The notes under the pieces: model-generated | What the model was told of the DNA's origin: nothing | What the model saw: the letters and a program-made list of their open reading frames with translations, nothing else | Database searches by the model: none | Part shown: positions 39,192-52,370 of the stretch, piece by piece | How positions within the stretch are numbered: position 1 is the stretch's first letter | Layout: every line of letters begins with the position of its first letter | Translations under genes and position numbers: made by a program | Assembly (NCBI GenBank): GCA_951406725.2 | Contig: OX597817.1 | Span: 147,374,001-147,438,000, forward strand | Direction: 5' to 3' | Source: Octopus vulgaris | Taxonomy: Eukaryota | DNA length: 64,000 bases

Positions 39192-39439
39192 GCGCCCTTT
39201 TTTAAGCCTGGCCAAGCTCATGGGCCTGGTTTCCCGGTTTCAATGGCGTATGTGTTCCCCAGCTGGACGGGACGCCAGTCCATCGCAGTGTTACTAATTT
39301 TTGCCAGCTGAGTGGACTGGAGCAACGTGAAATGAAGTGATTTGCTCAAGAACACAACGCGTCACCCGGTCCAGGAATCGAAACCACAATCTTACGATCA
39401 CGATGCTGACACCCTAAACACTAAGTCACGCGCCTCCAC
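39192..39439 (-). mobile_element. tRNA-derived SINE family D with TSD
   Basis: B box GGTTTCGATTCC on the minus strand, CTGCGATGGACTGGCGTCCCGTCCAG core, TSD TATTCTAGAT at 39182-39191 and 39440-39449. Confidence 0.85.
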
Positions 39440-39894
39440 TATTCTAGATACAGTCTGAAAAAGAAAGAAGGACTCATATACTACAAGAATATATTTTATA
39501 ATAGGCCCCTTCTATCCAGGCTAAACTAGGGTTAGAACCAGCTGCCGCAAAAATAAATTTGATTCACAACGCACGATGTTCTTAAGGTAATGATATTTTT
39601 CTAGAGCAGCTCACAGTATTTGACTCTTTGACACTTGTCATCCGTGTAGAATCACGACTTGCATTACAGCCATCGGCCAAACACACCACCTCTTGAAGTA
39701 AATTCGAAGGAATACACTTCCTATGCATGTCGTTAGGTGCTGATATTCAAACTGAATATCAAACATATTAATCTCAATACACTCTTATACTCAAATATAA
39801 TCATATATTCATATATACACACATACATTCACACGCATATACACACCCACACGCACAAACAAACGCATATATATGTGCGTTTGAATCTCTCTCC

Positions 39895-40208
<314 letters not shown>

Positions 40209-40899
40209 ACCTATAATTATTGCTGCTCTGAGATATGTAACATACTGCCTAAATAACAATCTTGAGAAATTAGCCTTCTCAAAATCAGAAAGGAAGAACT
40301 TAAATCGAAGATGACAGATCCAGTTTATCACTGGAACTGTTTAAACCTGTAAGACTTTCTGGAAGTTTATCATTTAAATATATATGATCATGTCTAGATA
40401 TGTAACTATATGCATGAGAATATATACGTAAAACAGCACATAGAAATCTGCACATATACATCCATACGTACATACATCCATACATACATACATACATAGA
40501 TACATACATACATGGATGCGTATATACATACATACATACATGCGTTCATACATGCATACATAAATACATACATACATAAATATATGCATACATAATAGAA
40601 ACAAAAATACCCTGTTGATGTTGAAATTCAAATGAAGGAGCCTTGGATCTAGTTTAGAAACCGGCTCTTTCTCCATTTGCAAGAAATAGTGAAATAAAAT
40701 TGAACAGCGACATACATATATGCACATAGAGAAATGCATATACGTAGGTGCCAATGTGGCTATGTTAATAAGATCGCTTTGTAACCATTGCCAGATCTCC
40801 GGCACTATACTGCCGGCGCGACCATTGCATTTTGAGTGAATTTCCTGGACGGAAACTGTGTCGAAGTATGATTGTGTATCGTTGTGTTTGTCTCATACC

Positions 40900-41111
40900 T
40901 AGTTCTTTACTACCCACAAGGGGATAAACACAGAGGGGACAAACAAGGACAGACAAACGGATTAAATCGATTATATCGACCCCAGTATGCAACCGGTACT
41001 TAATTTATCGACCCCGAAAAGATGAAAGGCAAAGTCGACCTCGGCGGATTTTGAACTCAGAACGTAGCGAGGGGCGAAATACCGAGCTATCGATTCTGCC
41101 AGCTCGCTGCC
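40900..41111 (-). mobile_element. SINE family B monomer with TSD, inserted in an old family A copy
   Basis: TSD TTTGTCTCATACC at 40887-40899 and 41112-41124. Confidence 0.9.
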
Positions 41112-41599
41112 TTTGTCTCATACCACCTCCAGACAAAATGTGGTTGTTTGTTTGCATGCCAGGAACATAGAAGTTGGGCAAAAGAGTTCTCGATTTAAAA
41201 ATGATAACCGGAATTGATTTCTTTGACTATAACGTGTATGGCTGGAGCAAGTAAAAGATAAATAAGATATATAATCAGTCGTCATACGTGCAGAGTCCGT
41301 CGAGGATTTCATTGATAATTTCGATTGTGCCAACATTTTAGACGGATGGATGTAATCCTGTTTTAGCCGCATAGATGTAATCCTGTTTACTTTAATATCA
41401 CAAACATCTATTGGATTCGAAACACTTCGACTTCAAAGCGGCAACGAACTCTTTCATGTCTTTCCAACATAAAACTAATAATGCTACATACACACGCACT
41501 CACGCATGCACAAACACACACACATACACACACACACACACAAACACATACATATATCTACAGAAATACATACATACACATGCACATGTATTTATACAT

Positions 41600-42102
41600 A
41601 GATGTGAAGCAATTGCAGTAGGCGGCCGGGTTTGTAGGACATTCACCTGCCTGTAAAGCTCTTATTTGGCTTGGAGTTATTGGTGCAGCGCAGTAAACGG
41701 CCACACAGTCCACCATCGCATCTGCCGAGAAGGCCACGAGGTGGCTTTCGACAAAGGCTACAGACCAGTAGGGTCAACTGGGCGGTGGGGTCCCAATGTT
41801 GAATGACATGAAACACTCTGAAACAACAGAAATATCGTTATTAACGCAGTCCAGGGTGTCTGTGGGAATTATCTTGGAAAATACACACACACGCACACAT
41901 GTGCAAACAAACACATACATATATCTACAGAAATACACTCATGTATTTATACATAGATGAGAAGCAATTGAAGTTGGCTGCCGGGTTTGTAGGACAATCA
42001 CCTGCAATGCTTTTATTTGGCTTCGAGTTATCGGCGCAGCGAAGTAAAACGCCACCATCGCAGCTGTCGAGAAGGTCACGTAGGAGGTAGATTTCGATAA
42101 AG
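41600..42102 (+). mobile_element. Hero-like restriction-endonuclease LINE 3' end, tandemly duplicated
   Basis: EAIEVGCR/GFVGQS...AEKATRWL peptides at 41600-41760 and 41956-42102; 3' UTR-like segment to about 41860. Confidence 0.6.
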
Positions 42103-42726
42103 AAAATACACACACACACGCACACATACACACACACACATTCACACGCATGCTCGCACACACATATGTATATAGAGTCAAAGATATATATATGGGCAGG
42201 CAGTTATTTATGGCATTTATTAAGTTATAAAAAATATATATACAAAAACCAACTAGGCAGGAAGCTAGTCTGCATGAAATTGTTGGCATCAAAAGATTTT
42301 ATACGCGAAAATCATTCAGAAGACAATAGCGAATTCAAGGCAGGACTTTACAACTGTTTCGAGAATTTTGTACAAATATGTGGTTATGTGCATTATGCCT
42401 ACATATATATATGCATATACTGAATGTGTGTTATCAAATAAATAGGATAAAACACAATTGAATCTATAATTGAGATGTCGGCTACTCCGACCACGGAAAA
42501 TATTGCGTGAGCACGTGTGTTTATGTGAATACTCTGTGGCATTAAACTCTGTTCTCTATTTAACATGTAGACTAATGATTCAGCTCTAAATGACCTAATA
42601 CATTTTCAAAATAACTAATTAACCATTTGGTTGTACTACTCATTATAACTAATCAAGTGGAGATGTGTTTAACACACACACACACACACACACGCATATA
42701 TATATATATATAGATATACTTATATC

Positions 42727-42799
<73 letters not shown>

Positions 42800-42949
42800 C
42801 ATTGCAATGTCGACCTTAGGATAATACCCGTGCAATTTTTTCAGGGTCTTTATTTTAATTTCCTTTGATTTAACTGTTTAAAAGTTTTCATTGATTTACG
42901 TTTTATGATTTCGAGTTGTACGTTAATTTAGACGCGAACTGTATGTATA

Positions 42950-43524
42950 AAACTTAAATAAAATTTAGATGTGTTTCTACGAAAGATTGGTCCAGACCAT
43001 ATCTAACTTAATAGCACCACCTGATAGAATAATTTAAATCCTTTTTAAATCAGGTAGTGAGTTCTTGTTGACTGAGTTGTATCCAGGTATAGGTGGCTTA
43101 TCTGGTATTCCTTGAACAAAATTTGTCCAGATTCCGTTTAAATATCATGGGATCATTTTCCTCTTTGATCTGCTTCGTGACAATGTTAAATCAGGCAGAG
43201 CCTGTTGAGGAAAAGAAATTGTATTGCAGCCTATTTATGTGTTGCGATTCTGAATTGGGCAGAGGACGTATGGCCCGCGGTCCTATACTTGGATGAATTT
43301 TGAAGCTAATGTTGAGGTCGTTTGGGCAATGCTGGCGGTGCATTCTCCACAAAGTGAAAATGATGTATCGCTCATGGCGTCGCTGGAGAGGGTAGAGTTT
43401 CTATGCTTTAAGGTGGTCCCAGTAATCGAGATCAGTCATGCCCGTAATTCTTTTAGTGAATGATTCAATTTTCGAGTTGATTTGTTTTGTATGGGGAGTT
43501 CACAGGGGGCAGTATTATTCGAGG

Positions 43525-43525
<1 letters not shown>
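42950..43525 (-). mobile_element. CR1-type LINE 3' fragment
   Basis: [33 protein letters not shown]...NFFSSTGSA*FNIVTKQIK...FKRNLDKF/IPDKPPIPGY. Confidence 0.85.
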
Positions 43526-43556
<31 letters not shown>

Positions 43557-43568
43557 AGTATATATAAG

Positions 43569-43647
<79 letters not shown>

Positions 43648-43654
43648 TATTTAT

Positions 43655-43830
43655 AACCTGTTTGGCACAGATTAACCTTGGGCTGTGCTGTGCTGTTTAC
43701 AGCAGTCCTTGGAAGGAAGGCGTGCAGCATGTGATCGTCGCATTGACCATGACAAAGTTGAGCAGAGATTCTGCATCAAATTTTGCCAGAAGCTTGAGCA
43801 ATACTTGCTCAGATGTCTTGGAAAAGTTTT
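43655..43830 (+). mobile_element. Mariner 5' fragment
   Basis: [17 protein letters not shown] start; leader homologous to the minus-strand copy next to it. Confidence 0.7.
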
Positions 43831-43889
43831 CAAAAAGTTCTCATCGTTCTCGACACAAGCACAAGGAAATCTGCCATTGAAACTCGGAT

Positions 43890-44313
43890 TTGTTTTTAGT
43901 CAGCTGAAAACAGTTTTGGCACAAACTTGGCAGACTGAACTGAACCGTAACTAATCAGCACATCCTCTGATAATTCATGGATGGTGATTCGACGATTTCC
44001 CCTCGCAGCGGTACGCACATCTGTGATGTTTATTCCCAGTTCTGTTGGTTGCTTGTCTCTAAAAACTTTCGTCAATATCGACATTTCTTCGGCCATCTTG
44101 GAAACGTCTGAACCATTCGCACACCTGCGTGCAGCTCATACACCCTTTCCATACACTTTCTGCACCATTGCCATGACAACTTTGTCTGTCATGGTCAATG
44201 CCATGATCACACGCTACACACCTTCCTTCCAAGTACAGCAAAGTTCAAGGTAAATCTTTGCCAAGCGTCTTCGTTACTATTACAACTGTCCGGATACTTG
44301 TTGACCAGAACTC

Positions 44314-44314
<1 letters not shown>
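43890..44314 (-). mobile_element. Mariner 5' fragment with terminal repeat
   Basis: TA|CGAGTTCTGGTCAACAAGTATCCGGAC end; MSCTQVCEWFRRFQDGRRNVD, NRRITIHELSED, SAKFVPKL. Confidence 0.8.
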
Positions 44315-44351
<37 letters not shown>

Positions 44352-44489
44352 GTTCTTAATTTATCGACCCCGAAAGGATGAAAGGCAAAGTCAACCTCGG
44401 CGGAATTTCAACTAAGAACGTAAAGACAGACGAAATACCGCTAAGCATTTTGCCCGGCGTGCTAACGTTTCTGCCAGCTTGCCGCCTTA
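44352..44489 (-). mobile_element. SINE family B 5' part
   Basis: Near-consensus head and core. Confidence 0.85.
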
Positions 44490-44589
44490 AACCCGATAAT
44501 ATATTGAAAAGACCCCACATAGATTGCGTATCTCATTTGGATCACCATAAGCTGCAGTTAAGTTCTGATCATTGTGGATCTGAACATAT

Positions 44590-45605
44590 CTTTTGAGGCC
44601 TCCGTTAAATTTTCAGACCTTATGGCATACATGGCATTGAAAAGTGTGCACCGATGTATAAGCGGAGTAGTTAGTGAGGTTCGTTTTCTATGGGTCTACA
44701 AATGGGATTTAAGCCCATCAAAAGAAAGCCATGGTCTGTCACAGACTGTGCACACAAAAAAGATCGCCAAGATTCACCTTCTTCATCAAAACATTCTTCT
44801 TGAGTCTTGCATGTGTGATATTGGCCCCCTCGAATGCTTTTACTCCACTCCACACTTTAGTTTGCCATCCAGTTTGATCCGAAACAAGGATTTCTATGGC
44901 CTTTGGATCCATTCCAAATGACTTCATGGTAGTCCTTATGCCCTCCTGAAACCTCTTTTTAGGTTTACACCGTTTGCGTTTCCTCTCTGCAAGTTCGCCA
45001 TAAAACAGTTGTTTGTGTGTGCGTTCATCCACTATTTGAACAATATGACCAGACCATCTCATTTGAATTTTCACAATCATTGATTTAATTGAGGTAATGC
45101 CTGCAGATACAAAGACTAAGAAATGCACCATTTATTGTTTAAAATGCGGCGAAGGAATTTTTTGGTGGAATCGTTCTAACTATTTGAGATGTCTTGCATA
45201 ACAAGTCTATGTGTCAGAAGAATGCAACAGGAATGGTAAGACGAACGATTTGTAAAGAGCCAATTTTGTGTTGTTATTTATTTGTCGTTGGCGCCAGACG
45301 CGTGACTCCAAACCACCACACCTTGGACTGTCCTTTCAATTCGCAGATGTATTTCTTTGGCCAGACTTCCAAGATTTTGTACAGAGATTCCGAGGTAGAT
45401 GAAAGTCAACAACTTCAAGTAACTTACCCCTAACGAATCTTTTAGGAGTCATGCAAACAGTACCACATGCAGATTGATACCTTATAACTTTTTTTGTTTT
45501 TCAAGTTAATTGCCAAGCCAAAGTCATGACAAGCTGAGTGTAATGCAGATACAAGAGATTACACGCCCGTTTCAGATTGACTGACGAGATCGCAATCGTA
45601 TATAA
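44590..45605 (-). mobile_element. RTE-clade LINE 3' fragment, degenerate
   Basis: FGLAINLK, LERFHQKFLRRIL, QMRWSGHIVQIVDERTHKQLFYGELAERKRKRCKPKKRF. Confidence 0.85.
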
Positions 45606-46185
45606 CTTCAAAAGGTGGTTGATAGAAACATTCGAGTGATGTACAAAATGTCGTTTCTATTTACGGTATATGGTAACTTTTGTCCACATCCATTGCATTC
45701 AATACCACGTTCCGTCGAACAGGTTCCATAAAATAAATAGGTGTCGAGTACATGGGTCGATGCAGTCATCAACATACATCTATCTTCCTGTAAATGTGTG
45801 GGTCTTGGGCATATTGCAGTAAAGGATATAGCACCATGAAATGGTTTGATGCATTAATACTCCTATTTCTGTGTCATTAATAGTATTTACAACCGACATG
45901 ATGTGGAATTGGACTAATTCTTTATGTTTTCAATGAGATCGGTCATTTAATTTATCTAAACAACGCTTCAGGGATATCTAGTGGAAATGGCATTCATGAA
46001 TAATACATAAAAATGTTAGGACATTCTTTCATTGTTTTCTGTTCAACTTTCATTTAATGTCCGCACATATGTACAATCATAAATACGTACAATCATACAT
46101 ACACACATACAAACATACATGCATGCATATATAATACATATGTACGTACGTACATATATACATACATACATACGTACGTACGTGC

Positions 46186-46227
<42 letters not shown>

Positions 46228-46230
<3 letters not shown>

Positions 46231-46416
46231 GGAGTAAACACATAAGTGTGAAACAATGTGGAAAAAAGAGTACTCAAATACCAGTGGTAGAGTAATATGC
46301 TTTATTTAAAGTTCATCGGACAGTTTTTGCTAGATTCTAGCAAAGACTGTCCGATGAACGGCAACGTGAAATTCAGAGTAACAGGTTTTGTTGAATTTTC
46401 TGCTGCTTTAAACAAA

Positions 46417-46423
<7 letters not shown>
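46228..46423. mobile_element. Inverted (head-to-head) Penelope-like LTR fragment
   Basis: Central 24-bp-arm palindrome at 46311-46359; outer arms at 46296-46311 and 46407-46423. Confidence 0.6.
46347..46384 (+). ncRNA. Minimal hammerhead ribozyme motif (CCGATGA variant)
   Basis: ctgt-CCGATGA-acg(gcaa)cgt-GAAA-ttcagag-TA-acag. Confidence 0.6.
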
Positions 46424-46502
<79 letters not shown>

Positions 46503-46792
46503 GTACATATCTCTCGATATCTTTATATATATACATACATACGTATGTATGTATATATTTATGTATCTATCTATCTATCTGTCTGTATATCTGTCTGTTA
46601 CTCTGTTTGTCTATCTATCTATCTGTCTACCTATCTATCGAAGGTATGAAAGGTATTTGTGTCAAGGAGACCCAAAGGTGTCAGGTAATGCTGAGTAAGT
46701 GCTATGGATAGATCATGGTGAAGCTCCGGGTTCGATAATGATACGCATGAGAAGTTCAACCTGGGTCATGTATTAGCATATATATATATATT

Positions 46793-46817
<25 letters not shown>

Positions 46818-46830
<13 letters not shown>

Positions 46831-47137
46831 TGTTTGTTCCTTCTCGAGCTATGCCTGGCTCATAAGGGCCGGTTTCCCAGTTTCCTTGGGTGTATAGGTT
46901 CCCCACTTGGACTGGACGCCAGTCCGTAGCAGGTGAGCTGCAAGGTGCAGGAGAAAAGTGTGAGAGAAATTTGTGGCGAAAGAGTCAGCAGAAGTTCGCC
47001 ATTACCTTCTGCCGGAGACGCGTGGAGCTTAGGTGTTTCGCTCATAAAGACACACATCACCCGGCCTGAGGTTCGAACCCGTAATCCCTCGACCGCCTGT
47101 CCGATGCGATGCTCTAACCACTTGGCCATGTGCATCC
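46818..47137 (-). mobile_element. tRNA-derived SINE with family D-like tail and (AAC)n end
   Basis: TGGCCAAGTGGTTAGAGC A box, GGGTTCGAACCTC B box, GGAAACCGGCCCTTATGAGCC tail. Confidence 0.8.
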
Positions 47138-47196
<59 letters not shown>

Positions 47197-47317
47197 TGTA
47201 TGTGTGTGTGTGTCTGTGTGTGTGTGTGTCTGTGTGTGTGTGTGTGTGTGTAAATCAACAGAATGAGATAAAAAATCCAAGGCTGTAAATAGTTTTCAGA
47301 ACATCTATAAAGAAAAG

Positions 47318-47365
47318 GTCTTACAGTTGTTTCCAGGATGTTTTATATATAACTTCATCAGAGAC
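47318..47365 (-). ncRNA. Minimal hammerhead ribozyme motif
   Basis: gtct-CTGATGA-a...-GAAA-caactg-TA-agac. Confidence 0.6.
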
Positions 47366-48058
47366 ATTGCGAGAAAATGTCTGTTTATAGCTAACTTGAC
47401 TTATATTCTGTATTCCACCCCAATTTTTACCACCAAAACCAATACACATTTACACATCACCCTACCCTTACCTTATTTTTAAACCCATCCCTTAATGCAG
47501 CTCTATCACACCACCCTGCTCACATACCTCACACTGTTTTACTCCTTACCCTCTCATCTCTTCCTCTCTCTCCCCCTCACATCTCCCTTCCTCCTATCAC
47601 TTTATCCTGACCACTAGCTAACAACCCCCTCTCATTTCATTTCATTCCCTCTTTCTTCATTTCCTCTTTGTCTCCCCCTTTTATTCTTTTTCCTCATATT
47701 CTCTTCCTGTTTTTGATTTGACCTACCTCCTCTTTCTAATCATACACATCTCTCCTCCTTCCATCTATCCATTAATATTGCAAACACATTCCCAAATTTT
47801 ATTCAGACCAAAAAAAAACCCTCGATCGAACCACACCGTTTACAAGGCTCTATGCTTGGAATGACCAAATATAACTGCCATTGGAACTCACACACATGAT
47901 ACAGGAAACTTCTTCACTTATATACAGCATTCTACTTCAATAATGGAACTGCACATACAATATCCTTATGTATCTCATTTTTTATTTTCATTCTCTTACT
48001 TCCCTCTGTATTTCATATCTTCTCTACAATAATTAATACTCAAACATTTTCTCGCAAT

Positions 48059-48106
48059 GTCTCTGTTGAAGGGATATATAAAATAGCCCGGAAACAGCTG
48101 TAAAAC
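48059..48106 (+). ncRNA. Minimal hammerhead ribozyme motif with core mutation
   Basis: gtct-CTGTTGA-a-ggg...cccg-GAAA-cagctg-TA-aaac. Confidence 0.5.
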
Positions 48107-48292
48107 CTTTTCTTCATAAATGTTCTGAAAACTATTTACATTCTTGGATTTTTTATTTCATTCTATCAATTTACACACACACACACACATATATATATAT
48201 AGGGAGAGTTTACGAAAAAAAACAAAAGACAAAGACAGGTGGTGTAGAAAACAAACAGATGTATTAGTATAACGCTCAGGAATAGAAAAAGT

Positions 48293-48328
48293 CTTTTACG
48301 TTTCGAGCCTACGCTCTTCTACAGAAAG
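48293..48328 (-). ncRNA. Minimal hammerhead-like motif in a Penelope-like fragment (about 48200-48390)
   Basis: cttt-CTGTAGA-a-gagc(gtag)gctc-GAAA-cg-TA-aaag. Confidence 0.55.
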
Positions 48329-48446
48329 GGACACAGAAAAACAAGGAGAGAAAAAAGGAGAGGAAAAAAAGGAGAGAAAAAAGGAGAGACATCTTGTGTA
48401 GGAGTTCCAATGGTAGTTATATTTAGTCATTCCAAGCATAGAGCCT

Positions 48447-48483
<37 letters not shown>

Positions 48484-50004
48484 GCGTAGATATACTTATG
48501 AGTAATGCATATTTATATCTACATCGGCACGAATTTATTCGTATAAGATGTAAAAAAATATATTCAGTAATACCAGAAACAAAACAAAATACATCATTAT
48601 GCTCATCATTATAATCACACATATTAACAATATGATGCATTTGCTTTCGATATCAATTTAGATGATGATGTCATCAATATGCTACCAACTTCATTCCAAA
48701 CATCACCAGACACCAACGTTACAAGCATCATCATAACGCTATCACCAACACCACGAGAGCTCTATGTCTCCCGTCACTACTTCTATCCTCAGTTTCATTA
48801 AAGCTGTATATATTTATTGTCTCTCCTTATCTAACAATTGGCTACTGTTTATCCGACACAACATGAATGGCGACAGAAAGACCACAATTAACAGTACTGG
48901 ATTATTAGAGATGTAATTAGGAAGTATTTAGAAGTTCTTTGTTGAGGAAATTGTTGGCAATAAAAAACATTTTCGTTCATTTTATTTTTTTCTAAATGTT
49001 TGCTATAATTCTGACATTTAGACTGTCTTTGAATTTGTTGTTGAAAACACATCAGCACATCATAAGACAGACACACATAGACACACACATACACACGTAC
49101 AAACACACACACACGCATGCACACGAACGCACACACATATACACACATATATATAAACTCCCCACGATGTTTTAGTAGTTTTTATGAAACGCAATACATT
49201 AATAATGAATATATGTATAAATGTGTACACATGCATACATATATATGTAGAATATATATATACATATACTTATATATGTGTTTGTGTGTATGTAGGTAGA
49301 ATATGTATATGTATATGTATATATACATATATACATGTATATATATATATGTGTGTGTATATATTTATATATATATATATATGCAAGTGTGTAAAAGTAA
49401 ATATGTGTATATATTTATATGTGCATGTATACACAATCGCATACACACGTACAAGCATGTACACGTATATTTTGTAGGTATGCGCATAAACGTATAAATC
49501 TTAATACACAAATGCACATAAGCAAAAATACTGATGTATTCCTTCCAATTTAGACATAATGCAAGCAGTTAAAGTCCATACTATATACCCCAGTACATAA
49601 CGTGTATTTTATTATTGTTTCAAAGCAACAAAAACAAAGTTAACGACAACAGGCATCGAAATCGAAACCTACTCAAAACCCAGCAACGCATTTTCTCTGA
49701 AGCTCAAATGAATCTGCCAAGCCAACATCATTATATATACGTGCAAGCACACATACAGACACATAGACACACACACACACACACCTATTTATCGATGCAC
49801 ACACACATATGTATCGATACATGCACACACACACATACACTAACACACATGAACGCATGCCTACCGCTTTACATCGGCTGTTAATTAATCGAATACTATT
49901 TCGGGATGACCTCCTCCCATTTCAAATAAAATATTACACAATACTTATCAGGTAAAGCCGATTGTTTACTTTTGTGATTTATTTATTGGCAGGCATCTCA
50001 CACA

Positions 50005-50065
<61 letters not shown>

Positions 50066-50147
50066 TCCATGCATGTATCCCACAATACGCTCACAATCTC
50101 TTCACGCACGCATGCACAAATATATATGCATTCATACATATATATGC

Positions 50148-50183
<36 letters not shown>

Positions 50184-50619
50184 TGACAGATTGGTAAGAG
50201 TGAAATGACTGAAGACAATCGACTTTATAGTAGGAATATAAGAATGCACACATCGCCTCGTTATGCTGGCAAATATATCTCTCAACTTAATTTACCGTGA
50301 AACTCAGCAATAAAGGAAGCACCCGATTACCTCTGTAAGTTGAAATATCATTGACAAAGTCTCTCCATATTCCAACCGAATACATAGCTCTAGACTGTGC
50401 ATAACTGGAAACCTCTTTGTACTGAAACAACCTATGATTCTCTTTAATAAAGCATAAGGTTTTTATCTATCAGTTGTCACATTTAAAGACAATATTCCGA
50501 GTGAATATAAACACGCCTTAAATTCTCGTGCCAGGCTACTCAAAATTGCAAATACACAATTAGATTTGTCTTCTCGTCATATGTCTAGTAGTCCAACTTG
50601 TGGTATGCAGCAATTTCGG

Positions 50620-50870
50620 CTCGCGTGGCCTTGTGGTTAGGATGTTGCATTGACCATCTTGCGATCGAGTTTTCGAATCTCAAACAAAGCAGTTCATTGT
50701 GTTCTCGGGCAAATCACATTTCACGTTGGCACGTTGCGCACAGCTGTGAATGGCTAACACCCTCACTGACTGGCATCCCCTTCATGGGTGTTTTTGCTAT
50801 CTCGGTTACTTAGATGCTTTGAAAACCGGTCAACAGGCCCCATGCATTCCAGAACTCGAGACAATATTGT
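50620..50870 (+). mobile_element. Old tRNA-derived SINE (family D-like)
   Basis: CGCGTGGCCTTGTGGTTAGG, TTCGAATCTC, ATTTCACGTTG. Confidence 0.5.
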
Positions 50871-50879
50871 CCAGGGGTC

Positions 50880-50910
<31 letters not shown>

Positions 50911-51218
50911 ATCTGCCTTACGCCATAAGCAGAGAATTAAGTAACCAAAATCATTAGAAAAGTTGGGGGATAAATGTTTATTGTAGCAGAGAGATTACTC
51001 TCTGCTACCTAAAAGTGTCGCTCAAGATGCTGATCATGGGACAGATTTTTTTTTGTAGCTGGGATACAATATTTTAAACAATATATTTATTATTGAGCAG
51101 TCATTAGACGGAATAAGTTTTTTTCTATCCTCGACCGCACTATTTATATTAAACGTATTCATATACGAAACGTCGTAACAAAACAGTGTTTTCTTTAATT
51201 TCTACAGATAATCTGTGA

Positions 51219-51363
51219 CGGTGTTGTAAGAAGCTTCCTTCCTAACCACATAGTACCGGGTTCAGACCCTGCGTGGCACCTTGGGCAAGAGTCTTTTACT
51301 ATAGCCTCGGGCCGACCAAAGCCTTATCAGTGGATTGGTAGACGGATAGTAAAAGAACCTGTC

Positions 51364-51396
<33 letters not shown>

Positions 51397-52058
51397 ATAT
51401 AGATAAGTAAATAATTTTATTGTCAAACGCGGGATAATGCGAATAATATGCTATCCTTATTTTTGCAGAAAAATCTGTTGGCGGCCAGCCATGAGACTGG
51501 AACTCAGATCTCTATGTTTACGCGTTAAGTGCTTTACTATTAAACTAAACTGCCCAGCAACAAATTCTTCTGCAATTTTAGGATATATAAATCTCTATAA
51601 GACGCTATCGTACGTTAAATTCAACTTGAAAGTCAACAAAGTTTGCTTTAGAAGCGTTGAGATGTATTGAAAGATACATATAAAGAAATAATTTTATTCT
51701 CAAAACATATAATGCTAATAATATAGCATGAACAGGATACATTATTCATATTTTGCAGAAAAATCTGTCGGCAGCCATCCATGAGACTCGAACTCACATC
51801 TCTGTGATTAAGCATCAACTGATTTACGATGAAGCTAGACTGTATAACTTTATGTGTGCGTGTGTCTGTGTTTGTCCTCCCACATTCGCTTGACAAGCGA
51901 TGCTGGTGTGTTTACGTCCTCGTAACTTAGCAATTCACCAAATGAACTGATAGTATAAGTACTAGGCTTAAAAAGAATAAGTCCTGGGGTCGATTTGTTC
52001 GACTAAAGTCGGTGCTCCAGTATGCCCGCAGTCAAATGACTGAAACTAATAAAAGAAA
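51219..52058 (+). mobile_element. SINE family A split by a tandem insert of about 450 bp
   Basis: Head at 51219-51365, tail at 51850-52058; insert 51395-51845 is about 1.6 copies of a unit of about 280 bp. Confidence 0.7.
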
Positions 52059-52204
52059 ATAACATTAATAAGTGATTTAATTGCACTGCTAGCACCGTAG
52101 GACAGAGTATTGACTCATGAAACCTTTAATATACTTGATAATATATCATGGTTGCTATAAGAAATACGGCGTCCCTACCAACAATTACTATGTACGTACC
52201 AATT

Positions 52205-52370
52205 GCCATTTCATTCGTCTTTACGTTCTGAATTAAAATTCCGCCGGGGTCGATTTTGCCTTTTATGCTTCGGAGCCAATACAATAAGTACCACCTGAGC
52301 ACTGGAGTCGATTTAATCGTCTTACCCCTCCTCCAAAACTGCTGGCCTTGCACCAAAATTTGAAACCAAT
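52205..52370 (+). mobile_element. SINE family B, old-tail fragment
   Basis: ACGTTCTGAATTAAAATTCCGCCGGGGTCG...GGCCTTGCACCAAAATTTGAAACC. Confidence 0.7.

Larger units (their letters stand above)
47251..48173. mobile_element. Penelope-like element remnant with inverted termini of about 133 bp
   Basis: 47251-47383 is a diverged reverse complement of 48041-48173; each arm has a hammerhead motif. Confidence 0.7.

Noticed and set aside
40610-40680. Hammerhead-like ...ATGAAGG...GAAACCGG segment
   Set aside because: CTGA core absent and stem I not evident; possibly a decayed Penelope-like piece but not supportable
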